Positions 39,032 through 51,071 of a stretch of DNA of 64,000 nt are shown piece by piece. Each line of letters starts with the position of its first letter. Positions within the stretch are counted from its first letter, which is position 1. Under the pieces are notes generated by a model. The model saw nothing but the letters and a program-made list of their open reading frames with translations. It was not told the DNA's origin and ran no database searches. Source of the DNA: Nemertoderma westbladi (Eukaryota > Animalia > Xenacoelomorpha); contig JAUCBJ010000009.1 of NCBI GenBank assembly GCA_032718475.1, positions 1-64,000 of the forward strand, read 5' to 3'. The position numbers and the translations under genes were made by a program.

Positions 39032-41637
39032 CCCTAGTGGAATCCTTACAAAAAGCGCGCCGGATAACGCGCCAGATATTATGAAAATCGCGCCGCGCCT
39101 AGTAATATTGGAAATCGCGCCGCGCCAACACTCTGAACTATATAAATTGATGTGCGCCAGAAAAAATGTAGCATACAAATTAAAATACATTCTGACATTC
39201 GGCGCCAGTTAAGAATATATGCACGCCAGGAAATAATTTTGTTTTGAGCTCACTTAACATGCCACATACTGTATGATAGGTCAGATCAGAAGATAACGGC
39301 TGAACGGTACCGGTACAGTCAGTCGGTGAGAAGTCAAAAATTGGACTTGAGTCCAAAATTGGACTTCGACTCCAGTTCAAGTCCAAAATTGGACTTCTGT
39401 GAGTCCAATATTGGACTTCAAATCAGCCAATTGTTCCAGGGCCTTGGGTAATTGGATCGGGTGGGATTTTTTTTTTAATCGAAAATATATCAAAAAATAA
39501 GAGTTTTAAACAGGGGGACCTGAAATTCACCAGGGGGAACTTTTTTATAAGGCTTTGAATTTTTACAAGAGTCCAATATTGGACTTTAAGTCCAATTTTC
39601 GACGTGACATTGAGAATCAAACTTAAAGGTACATGAAGCATCACATATGAGAGACAGCCAGACAGCTATTAAGTTATGGAAAGTTACCTTTGCAGCTCTG
39701 TATGTATCTTCAGTGTACTGTACTTAGAATATAATGGTACATTCTAGCATTCTAGGTACTTTGTACTTCAGTACTTTACTTTTAGCATATTGTTTAGTTT
39801 ACATTCATGTTATGTCTATGGTAACCTTACAGGCTTATATTACAGCCTTATGTACCCAGGAGTCTTTAGGACTAGATTAGATTATGCTCCAACAAATATT
39901 TAATTACAAATTATATTTGGCATGTTTGGTGGAAACTGGTAGCAATGCCAGGTTTGCCAACTGCAGCTGCTGCTAAGGCTAACTACAGTACAAGCTACGA
40001 TTTCGTCTAAGCCTATGCTGCTATGGGAGCCCTGTCAGAAAGAAATACTACAAGTTGATGCTACCACCACCTCTCACTGTTTCAGCCTCTTCTAAATTTT
40101 TCATACAGCAGGAATGGTATTTTAAAACGGCTGGATAATGAAAGGCAGAAAGGGGATTAACTGATTAACGTGTTGGGGTCTCCACATAATAAGTACAGAA
40201 GTAACACACGTCATAAACCAATTGAGGGAAAGGAACAGGTTACAGAGGTAGGCTTTTTTTTAAACTAAAACAATAAACGGCCACTTTTCAGCTTTTGACT
40301 TTACCAATTGAAGGAGCCCTATCACCACATACTACTGTACTACTCCAATCGGCATGCTGCATTGCAGCTGCATTATATATATAGGCCCTATTAAGAATGC
40401 TGTGCCGGCTTGTTGACAAAAGTGCGCCTCCACAACTCCCTTACACTCTTACAGCCTTATCACCCATGACATTTGCTAGATCATCCGCATCTTCAAGGCC
40501 AGTGTCCTTTAAGACAGTAAGAAAGATGCGTCTCAAGAAAGTCATGGGCTGTCCACCATGCTTATTCACTCCATGCTGCCATGAGGTGCACTGGCTGGTC
40601 CTCACGGCGATAGCAATGTCCTGCAAAGCGGAGGCGGCTTTGTTCTAGTGTCAAGCTTGGGGGAACCAATGAGACACCTCCAACTCCAATGTTATATAGT
40701 GCTGTAGTGTCTGGTTGGAGATGTGTGCATTGTACTTGACACAGTGAACCTAATCAAAACAATAATAATAATAACATAATAGGTTACAGTTTACAGTAGT
40801 CTTATTTTTGCCATACGATAGTCTTATTTTTGCCATACGAAAATACCACAGGTATGGGTATGAATGAACTATACAGCTATAACTCCACTACCGCTAGACC
40901 GCGGTATACATACACCATCTGACCATTTAAGGCAGTAACTGAGTAAGGCTACCGCAAAGCCATACCACTACCGCAAAAAGTAACTACTGATGTCTGACTG
41001 TATGTGTGCGATCCCTGCTTATAATACTTATAATAATTAATTTGATCATTAAAATAATGTTGCATTGTAATTATGTAATATATATCTGTATATGTACTGA
41101 TACGGGATGCAGTTTTGATTTAAATACCGATATACAGTATGGGAGCATGGGTAGGTACACTTGGAGTTGTACTAAAGTCCAATATTGGACTTTGGAGTCC
41201 AAAATTGGACTTTAAGTCTAAAATTGGACTTGAAGTCCAATTTTTGACTTCTCACCGACTGACAGTACCATACACAGCACACATACAGGTACGCGGTACG
41301 GGGTAGTTGATTGCAGCTGTAGGCAGACTGGTTGGTCGGCTGGTACCGGTATCTAGGATTTACATAGCGACGGGGTATCTATGTAAAATTGTATATGCTG
41401 ATAGGGTGACTGTATGGGATGTATGTAGGGATAGGTGGAGCGGTGGAGGTGGCCTGGCATGAAATATTTGTAGCGCGCCAATGAATAATTTTTGCGCGCC
41501 AGCGCGCCAATGCATAATTTTTGCGCGCCAGCGCGACAAAGCTTGGCGCGTTTTATGAAAACGCGCCAAATTTGCGCGCCAGGCTTTTCAATGCGCGCCG
41601 GATAAATCCGGCACACCCTGTAAGGATTCCAGTGTGG
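39032..41637. mobile_element. Non-autonomous DNA transposon with 8-9-bp TSD and GCGCGCC subterminal repeats (superfamily uncertain: hAT, P or Merlin-like)
   Basis: TIR core TGGAATCCTTACA / TGTAAGGATTCCA; CCGTCCTA(C) duplicated at 39024 and 41638. Confidence 0.8.
39320..41261. mobile_element. Non-autonomous DNA transposon with 5-bp TSD, copy 2
   Basis: Same TIRs and interior as 27530-29415; TSD ACAGT (39315-39319 and 41262-41266). Confidence 0.92.
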
Positions 41638-41744
41638 CCGTCCTACTGACTGATCAATAGATCATCCCCCTCAAAAAATAAAGGACATCGCGCACGCGCA
41701 TAAAACACTTAATAAAGACAAATTTAATAAAAAATATCGACCGA

Positions 41745-42000
41745 AAAATGAAATCCTTGTATTCTTCACATGGGCGAAGAATACCAGGTTTTCACCAAAA
41801 ACACAGGTTACACTGAATATAACCAAAACAATAAACGAATTAGTATATGTGCAGGTTATAAGACATAAATAAGCTCTATAATACACTCAATAAAGATAAA
41901 TTAAAAAAGAATTAAAACCTTCAAATATAAAATTCCAATAAAAGTCAACCGAAAAGTGAAATCCTGGTATGCTTCACATGGGCGGTATTCTTCACATGGA
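41745..42000 (+). repeat. Dispersed repeat also present at ~46330-46560 inside the Academ element
   Basis: Shared ATACCAGGTTTTCACCAAAA...ATTAGTATATGT...AAATTCCAATAAAA...GTGAAATCCTGGTAT. Confidence 0.8.
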
Positions 42001-42124
42001 CCGACACCAAAATTTGGCACCAGCCGCTAAAAACAAATTTAAAATTTCTAGCTTATTTTATTTGAATTCCTTTTAGTTAGTTTCAGTTAGTATTTTAGTT
42101 AGTATCGTTAGTTTCAGAGCGGGA

Positions 42125-42360
42125 AGTATTATATTGACACCCCCCGGGTTTAAGGGGAATACCGGGGAAACTTCACATGCTGACATAGGCAGAAAGTCCA
42201 GTACTCATTTAGCTACCATTTAAGGATGCAAGGCAGAGATGCCTCGCTAAACCCTTCAAAACATTCGTGCCGAAACGAAAACTACCTTGGCCCCATGCCG
42301 GGGTTGAACCCACAACCTCCGAGAGATGTGAATTCAATATAACCACTACACCAAGGTGCG
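42125..42360 (-). mobile_element. tRNA-derived SINE
   Basis: Minus-strand head with A box TGGTGTAGTGG and B box GGTTCAACCCC, ending GGGGCCA (42360-42287), followed by a body containing TAAATGAGTAC; anticodon arm is degenerate. Confidence 0.7.
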
Positions 42361-44426
42361 CTCTGAACCAAGGTGGAACAAGTGTCAGATACCGTCAGAT
42401 CAGATCAGATCAGATAAGGACAGACGTTTTAGCCATCCTAATATGTCATCTATCAGTCTATCCTCACTAGGATAGGTTGAGAAATTAAGCCTAAATTTGA
42501 CATATCCCCACGGGGATGTTTTCCCTGACTGAATTTCGATATTTATATTTAAAAAACACGTCTGGAAATATTTGAACACATCAGGTAAAAAAATGTCAAT
42601 ATTGACATGTCCATGTCAATTTTGACATGCCCCATCCTACATCAACTACATGTCAATATTGACAGTGACACATGTCAATATCTGAATATTGACAAAGTGC
42701 CCGACTGACATCACAGCATCACATCAGCCTGTCAGCACATCAAACCAAACTGCCAAATCATACCAAACACCAAACAGCCAAATCGAAGGTCTGACAGCCT
42801 GCAGCGATATAGCTATCAGGCTATAGCTCAGTCTGTCAGTACAGCAGTAGCTGTACCAGTACCGCTGTACCTGGTACCTGTACAGCTGTAATCTGTACTG
42901 CTGTAATCTAACTACAGTACTGCAGTTTAGTACTGAAGTACATACATTCCATTCCTTACTGCGAAAGTCAATACAGTAGGAGTAGACAGATAGAACAGAT
43001 TGCCCTGAGGCGGGGGGATAAATTCTGGTTACGTCGTTAGGCGTTGTTGAGTGGAATTTTCGTTGGTTGGATATGGACTGTTGGATGGATGAAGATGAAA
43101 CACGCCATTCTGCTGTTCTGGACTCTACCCCGTTCTGGGCAGCCCCGCTCTCATCACAGGACTATACATTACAGCATTACCGTATAGATATACTGTCTAT
43201 TGCACTCAAATTTTTGCATTACGAATAACGCCAAGGCTCAAATTTATTATGCAGACAACTGGACAAAAATACTGTAAGGAAAGCCCATTGGAAATTATTA
43301 TTAGTTATTGTTTGGGTTTGAGTAAACCAGTCAGGTTTGAGCTAGTAAGAGGTACAGTAGGTAAGAGAAAAGGTTCCTAGTTTGAGAAACGGTATCTAGA
43401 ATGAGATAGGGACTGTATAGTATCATTTATATTATTTGGTTTTGCGGTAAAGTATTCAAAGAATGAGGATTAAGCAAATGTCATTTGATTGTTTGTACAT
43501 AACCTAATTTTGACTAAGTAGGCCTATATTTAAATTGTTTAACTCTCCTGCGGTCGCAGTGTGTAACAAAAGTAACCAAGGTGCAGTACTAATCGTCTCA
43601 GAACGCACCAACTAATTCATGCCTAAGATGCTATTCTACATGACAAGTTAGAAAAAAAAATTTTCGCTATTTAATATTAGTTAATACTAGTTATCAATAA
43701 AAAAAACTTGGTTGCGCTTAAAACCCTAAGGCTTTTACAGTTTTGAACCCAATCACATGAAAGTTTTTTTATATGATAGATCAAAGATGGGGCAACATAA
43801 CTACAGTATAAGGCGAAATTTTGTAAAAGTAATTCTGCACCGCTAGGTGGCGCTGCAAATTTATGCTAATTTTTAGGTTTTTTATAAATAGTATTAAATT
43901 TTATTAACAAAAAATTTCGAAAAGTTGTCTGATTCTTTTATGCAGGGGGGTTATCTAGACAACCACAGGAAGTTTCAGACTAATTACTCAAAAATTGTAG
44001 AAGTAGTAGGGTTTTGAAGTTGACAATTTCATAAAAAAAATATTTGGAGATAATCGACCTTTCATTATACATAGTAATAGTAATTTCAATAGGATTCCCT
44101 TAATGGAAATTTACATAACTTGAAAACTAAAAGAACTATTAATTAGCGGTTTTCAGATTTGGAAACACCATTAATTGGTGCATTATAATAGACCATAAAA
44201 AAAGACATATTTTGGACCAAAATGGTGTACCCCCCCCCCCCCCCCCCCCCCTTAAAAGAAACCGATTTCGAGCTCTCGACATGGCTTGGAATAGGCCACC
44301 CAAATGGACACCCAAGTTGTTTCAAAGGAATTTTGAATATGGAGTAAATAAATAATACTGCTAAATATAGTTAAAAGTTCTAGACATGAGAAATACGAGA
44401 AAAGGGCAAATAAACAAAGTTTCATC

Positions 44427-44764
44427 ATGAATATTTTGGAGAAGAAACGTCGAATAATTATTGGACTTCTTATAGGCCTAATAGCCGCAGTTATATCTGG
44501 TGTAATAACTTGGCTTATTTGGAAGGAACTTCAACCCGATATGGTAAACACTTCTGGGACTCCTATGAACTCAACTATTGCTCATCTGTCTACAAACGTG
44601 GCACATCCAATTATCCCTTCAACAACAACATCTACAGTATTACTGCCAGAATGCTTCGTCTTCTTTCGTGTCTCATCTCTTGTATAGGAATTCTTCCCAC
44701 TGAGGTTGTTTCAGAGAATTGTGAACGCGCTGATATATTCAGAAACTCCAGAACGACGTGTTGA
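44427..44764 (+). CDS. Possible small type II membrane protein (KKRR + TM + S/T stalk + Cys-containing tail), apparently frameshifted near 44652
   Basis: ORF 44427-44687 has a clear N-terminal TM segment. The overlapping frame continues RLLSCLISCIG...NCERAD...TTC* to 44764. AATAAA at ~44832. Confidence 0.45.
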
Positions 44765-45769
44765 ATTGGACATAACTAAAATCCATATAGACGGCTATGT
44801 ATTACTGTATTAAACTGAAAAATGATTTTAAATAAATAAATTAAGATTGTGCAACATTGTTATTTTAGTGGCGTTTTCATACTCTCGTAAGATACTGCGC
44901 AGTGATTAATAACTATTTACATACCGGTACTTGTGTGTAAAGTAGCACTTTACAGTGTGATGATCCGAGTGGCTTTGTTTTTGTTACACGAACGAACGTT
45001 AGTGAGTGAGTGAAAATAAAGCCACGAGGATCAGAACACTGTATGTTGCAACGTTGCAACAAGTATGTATGTAGTTTTATTCCAAAATTTTAACATTACG
45101 AAATGATTGTACATATATTATAATTGATAGAAACTGCACAAATTATATTAGTTGCTGTACAAATAAATGTAAAAATGACATAAATTATGTTATAAATAAG
45201 TTAGCTTATTTTTATGGTGGCGTTAATAATATACTGTAGCTACTGGTTATTAATAGCTATACCCCCACTACCGGTAGGTAATGCAGGAGGCCTATCTGGC
45301 TGTCAGGCAAATTTCCACCTATTGTTTACGTGGTAACCAATGACGGCGTTTGGTAATGTCCACTAAGGGGACATTACTTAACTGATAACCCAAAATACAA
45401 TACTAGTAAATGTACAGGCCAATACAATACTGCAATGTCCTTTAAAGTTGTAAAGTGCAAAATAACAACTCGCTGTTAATACTAACGGCGTTGAGTAATG
45501 TTACAATTTTGGAATAAAATATCTTTAACAAATACAATAATTATGTACACTACATATGTAGGCCTACATATGTACTAAAGTATGTACAATACGATTATGA
45601 GCAATTAATACTGTATAGGAACAACCAAAGTAAACGTCTTTAACGTGTATACCAATCCAATAAACTATCATTGTTAGAATTGAATGGTATAGTCGCCCTA
45701 GTATATTCGCTCAGCCTCAATGCAGCTAGTGAGTAGTGAGTTGATATATTTACTCTGGCGATGTACATA

Positions 45770-48700
45770 TAGTGGGGTCGCTTAAGGCTGAAATATAGCA
45801 AAATCGTTAATTGCCGGACAAAAGCATGAAAATGTGACTATATATGTAAAAAAATGTATAGATTAATCTGAGCCTGTGTACCAAAAAAATTGACTACTTC
45901 CCTAGCAACAGGGTGACTTTTTCATAGCAACCGTTGTATATTTAATGTAATTATGATTGAAACTTGGGATAAACAACCTGTCTAGCAATAGAAGATGGTT
46001 AATAGTGACATTTGCGCTGATACACTATTCCTTGGCAACAGGGTGACCTTTCCCTAGCAACCGCTGTATATTTATTGAAATTTTGATTGAAACTTGGGAT
46101 AAACAACATGTCTAGCAATAGAAGATGGTTAATAGTGACATTTGCGCTGATACACGTTTCCTTAGCAACAAGGTGACCTTTCGCTAGCAACTGCCTGCAA
46201 TTCTGATTGAATCTTGGGATCATGTTGGGATAACCAACCTGTATAGCAATATATGCATATATATAGCATATATATAATATATAGCAATACTTTCTGCTGT
46301 TATATTTCACTTTGCAGTTACTCCCTTGTGAAGTATACCAGGTTTTCACCAAAACCACAGGTTACAGAATGCAGAAGGGCTGAATCAAACCAAAACAATA
46401 AACGAATTAGTATATGTACAGGTTATAAGACAGAAATAAGCGCTATAAAACACTTATAAAAGATAAATTTAAAAAAATAAAAAATAGTCATATATAAAAT
46501 TCCAATAAAAAGTCGACCGAAAAGTGAAATCCTGGTATTCTTCACGTGCGGCATGGGCGAATATAAGATTATTTGTAGTTATATTAGAGTTGATTGATAC
46601 ACGTTTCCATAAAAATATTTAACTTTATGGGAATAATGTGTGTTTATAAAACTACAGTGTAAAAGTTCAGTTAAAAATCCAAAAATATAGCCACGCGCGG
46701 AGCTGACCCCATAATAATAATAATATAATAATACAATATGGATATATTTATCTAAAAAATCTGTAAGAACTACTGTACTTCCAACTTCAACAATTTTTTT
46801 ACTATTTCACTTGCCAGGCCCAGATGTAATACGGTTTTAGAACATCGTCATGCACTGAAAGGAGGCCAGAGGAACAAGATATCCTTGGCCATAACTTAAA
46901 TCGTTCTAGAATGTTTCGCATATAATGAAAACAAACACAGATAAATATAATACCAATACTACCGGTAGCCTGCTGTTGTATTTTATTCGTGTAGGAAAAT
47001 GGTCAATAATCAGAGTGTAATATAATAGTCACAGTCATTTTGCGATTCTAGAATTATAATTATGATACAGAATAGTACATCATGGTACTAGTGAGCTGGT
47101 TATTGCTTATTCCCTCGAAATTCACATTATGTAACTTTTGTTTTGGTTTATTATTTATTGGCACTACTTCGCCCTGTCGACAGTCTCTGTAAATTTTTTT
47201 AACCATTAATTTTTTTGTGTTTTTCAATGTTTTTTTTTGGTAATGGTGAATGTTCTAGAACCTTAAGTAGATATTTTTTTTAATAGCAGCTAGCGTTTTT
47301 TTTACTAGCTAGCATTTTTTGAAAATAAAAAAAAAAAATTTGTTGTCATGGGCTGCACATCATGCATCCATGAACAGGGGCCATGTTTCCAATCCCTCAA
47401 TAGTATCCATGCTTCCAATGTTTCCCGAGAAGTCGGACAACCCAGCTATGGTAATGCATTCTATAAGGATTATTCAGAAAATTACGGGGTACTTGAATCC
47501 GGGTCAAGTACCTGTCATAACATGTGACCAGCCATTATATGCAATATCGAAGTATATACAATGGAACTTCCCTGACGAATTTGGAGAAAGTAAGCTACAG
47601 TAGTATGTATGCTTGGAGGCTTACATATTGAGAAGGCTTTGTGGGGGTGTCTTGGGGATATTTTGGATTGCTCTGGATGGGTTGAGTTGCTTACAGAAGC
47701 AAATATTGCTACTCATGGTGTAGCTGATTCTTTCCTTGGTATTACTACACCTTGGGTCACACCTGACAAATTTAATTATAAGCATGTTTTATAGTGTTTT
47801 ATAATATTGTTATTATAGCATTAGTATTCTTAAATAACCTATTTATGTATTAAAAAAAAATTTCGTAGGTGTGACCCAAGGTGTAGTAATACCCTTTCCT
47901 TAAAGTAGCACATATTACAAGGACACGAAAAGCTCATCAAACAACATGTGCTGCATTGACATTATTGCAGATTGAAGCCTTTTCAGAATTCGAGAATACA
48001 AATCACATTGATAGTTATTCATTTTCAGACTGGAGAGACTTAATGGCAACAGAGCATCCAACCTTTCAGTTCTACGACTTCATTTTGAGAATTCAGAGGC
48101 TAATTCTAGTATTTCTTCGAGCTCATAGAGAGAAAAATTTCCAACTATTCATAAGTTGTTTAGAGACTCTAGTTGTTTACTTTTTTAGTTTAGACCATTA
48201 CCACTACAGTCGATGGGTAAGTGTATTTCTGTTAGATATGAAGTCTCTCCCACAAACCATATTGGAAGTGTTTAATAAAGGAAATTGGGTTGCATCGAAG
48301 TCAAGTCGACGTTTCTCAGCTATACCTCTCGACCAAGCTCATGAACAGGAAAATGAAAAAGTTAAAGGTAGTGGTGGCGTGATTGGTCTTACTGAGAATG
48401 AAGCAGGATTTCGAAGGTGGCTCTTAGCCGGACCGGAACTTGCTAGATTGATTGGCAAATTCGAGGCAACAATAGACTCAAGAACAAATCTGTCACTCAC
48501 AGATAAAACACACCATGAAGAAACGATAGCTTTCCAAAAGTCATTTCAAAATGATGTCAATAATCTGGTAATTACCATTAAGGAACAATTAAGGTTTAAG
48601 GATTAAGGTAACCCATTTATTTCAAAATCTGACAAACTCATATTGATACCAAGTCAAGCATATGCTCCTGACTCTGTAGTTAATACCATAAGTAAAATTG

Positions 48701-51071
48701 AAGAATGTGGCAAGATACAATATACTAATTTTGTAACTGATGTTTTAGTTAATAATGTAAGGCCGTTCAAAGATGTCATTAAATCCAACTCGTTTCCAAC
48801 TTTTAAATCGCCTAGACTCTCTAATGTAAAGAACAAACGCATGTCTGAGGTTCGATCCGACGCATCATTGTTTGGAAAACTCTTTATTGCGAATCAAACC
48901 AGAAAAGGAGATCCGTCTGTCTTCTTTGCTCATGAGAACCACCCTTATCCACCTTCACTTTCACAGTATGGTGACATCAATTATGGGACTAAATCTGACA
49001 TATTAAAGGTTTTTGATACAACATAGTGTTGATGTCTCTGAGTATTTTCATGCTAAAGTCTTTGATGCACCTTTCATAGTTCATTGCCTTCGACCTATAG
49101 GATGTTCCACCATACAAGACTATTTAACTAATAAAATAATACCTCATATAAAGCACGAATTGAACAATTCTGACAGGGTTGACATTGTTTTTGACAGATA
49201 CTGCCATGAAAGCTTGAAAATGGGTATCAGAAACTTACGTGGTAGTGGAAACCAAATTAACATTAAGGATAAAACCAAAATTCCAGCAAATTGGATGGAT
49301 TTCTTAAGGAACTCTAATAATAAAAACGAGTTGTTCAACTACTTATCCAAATCAATTATTGTAGAAAAATACCCAGAAGGGAAATATATTTACTCAACAT
49401 TGGAAGAAGATGTGCTCTGTCAGGATAGTCGAGGCACCATTATGGGAAATTGCTCACACGAAGAAGCTGACACCCGCATTATAGTACACATACAGCATGC
49501 ATTGTCAATGGGGGCTACAAATATCATTGTGCGCACAGGTGATACAGACGTTTTAGTAATACTGATCGGAGTTCACTTCTATTTAATATCCAATCATCCC
49601 AGTCTGAACATATGGTTAGCATTCGGTTCTGGAAAACATTTTAAATATTTTAATGTGAATAATATATCCCAAAAGTTAGGTGAGGACAAATCAAAGGGTT
49701 TATTGATGTTCCATGCCCTTAGTGGCTGTGACACCGTGTCCCACTTCAGAAATATTGGCAAAATAACTGCTTGGAAAACTTGGTTGGCCATGCCAGAAAT
49801 CACATCAACTTTCAAGGCAGTATACGATCAGCCATTTAATCCCTTCCCAAATGGAATCGAAAGTGTAGAATTCAAAGCGTTGGAAAAATTTGTTATACGT
49901 AGTATGACAAAAAATCAAACAGAACGAGTATAAATAATACAAGACAGGATCTATTCACCAAACGCAACTGCGTGATTGATCGCTTGCCACCAACTCAACA
50001 CGCCCTTTACCAACATGTGATGCGGGCTACATATCAAGCCAGCGTTTGGGCAGTCTGCACACAGGACAAACCGATACTCCCTTCACCAGCAGATTTCGGT
50101 TGGGTATTTAATACTCAATGGAATCCCGTCTGGAGTTCACTACCAGATGCTGCAACGATGTGCTACGAACTCATTAAATGTCCATGCAAAAAGCGCAATT
50201 GCACAAACTGCAAGTGTGGGAAGGCTGGGTTTAAATGCACAGAATTATGCACATGCACTTGCTCTTGTTATTGATCACATATGATTCGTATAATTAAAAG
50301 AATTGGTATAACTATAATACTAAATAATTTTAATTTACAGTTTTGTGGCTGTGTATTTGATGTATAAACACATTATCCTCATAAAGCCAAAAGTATTTTT
50401 TAAATATAGATATCACCTTTTGTTTCTATGGAAACGTGCATCACAGCTCCAATAGAACTACTAACCATCTTATATTGCTATAAATGCTGTTTATCTCCAG
50501 TTCCAATATTAATTACACTAAATTTCAGGCAGTTCCTAGGGAAAGGTCACCTTGTTGCTATGGACACGTGTATCAGAGCCAATGTTATTACTAACAATCT
50601 TATATTGCTAGACAGGTTGATTATCCCAAGTTTCAATCATAATTTCATTAAATATACAGCGGTTGCTAGGGAAAGGTCCCCGGTTACTAAGGAAACGTGT
50701 ATCAGCGCCTATGTCATCACTAACCATCTTCTATTGCTAGTCAGGTTGATTATCCCAAGTTTCAATCATAATTCCATTAAATATAGAGCGGTTGCTAGGT
50801 AAAGGTCTCCTTTTTGCTATGGAAACGTCTACAGACTTATATTATAAACTAACCCAGTTATATAATCGTAATTTTTGTATATGGTGAGTTTCAATAACAG
50901 AAATGACCAATTTTACCCGGTTGCTATGTAAAAGTCACTCTGTTGCTAGGGAAGTAGTCAATTTTTTTGGTACACAGGCTCAGATTAATCTACACATTTT
51001 TTTACATATATAGTCATATTTTCATGCTTTTGTCCGTCAATTAACGATTTTCACCTTAAGCGACCCCACTA
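45770..51071 (+). mobile_element. Academ DNA transposon (AcademX type), degenerate
   Basis: TAG...CTA termini (TIR TAGTGGGGTCGCTTAAGG, long subterminal repeats) and 3-bp TSD ATA. Confidence 0.9.
47319..50274 (+). pseudogene. Academ transposase / XPG-like nuclease / Cys-rich domain, broken by stops and frameshifts and 5'-truncated
   Basis: Motifs CDQPLYA, GGLHIE, DQAHEQEN..VKGSGGVIGL, DIVFDRY, HEEADTR..DTDV, FHALSGCDTVS, LPPT..AL..H..RA.YQ and terminal CPC..C..CKC....C...CTC. Confidence 0.9.

Noticed and set aside
42287-42360. Functional tRNA gene
   Set aside because: A and B boxes are present but the anticodon arm is non-canonical and it continues into a SINE-like body.
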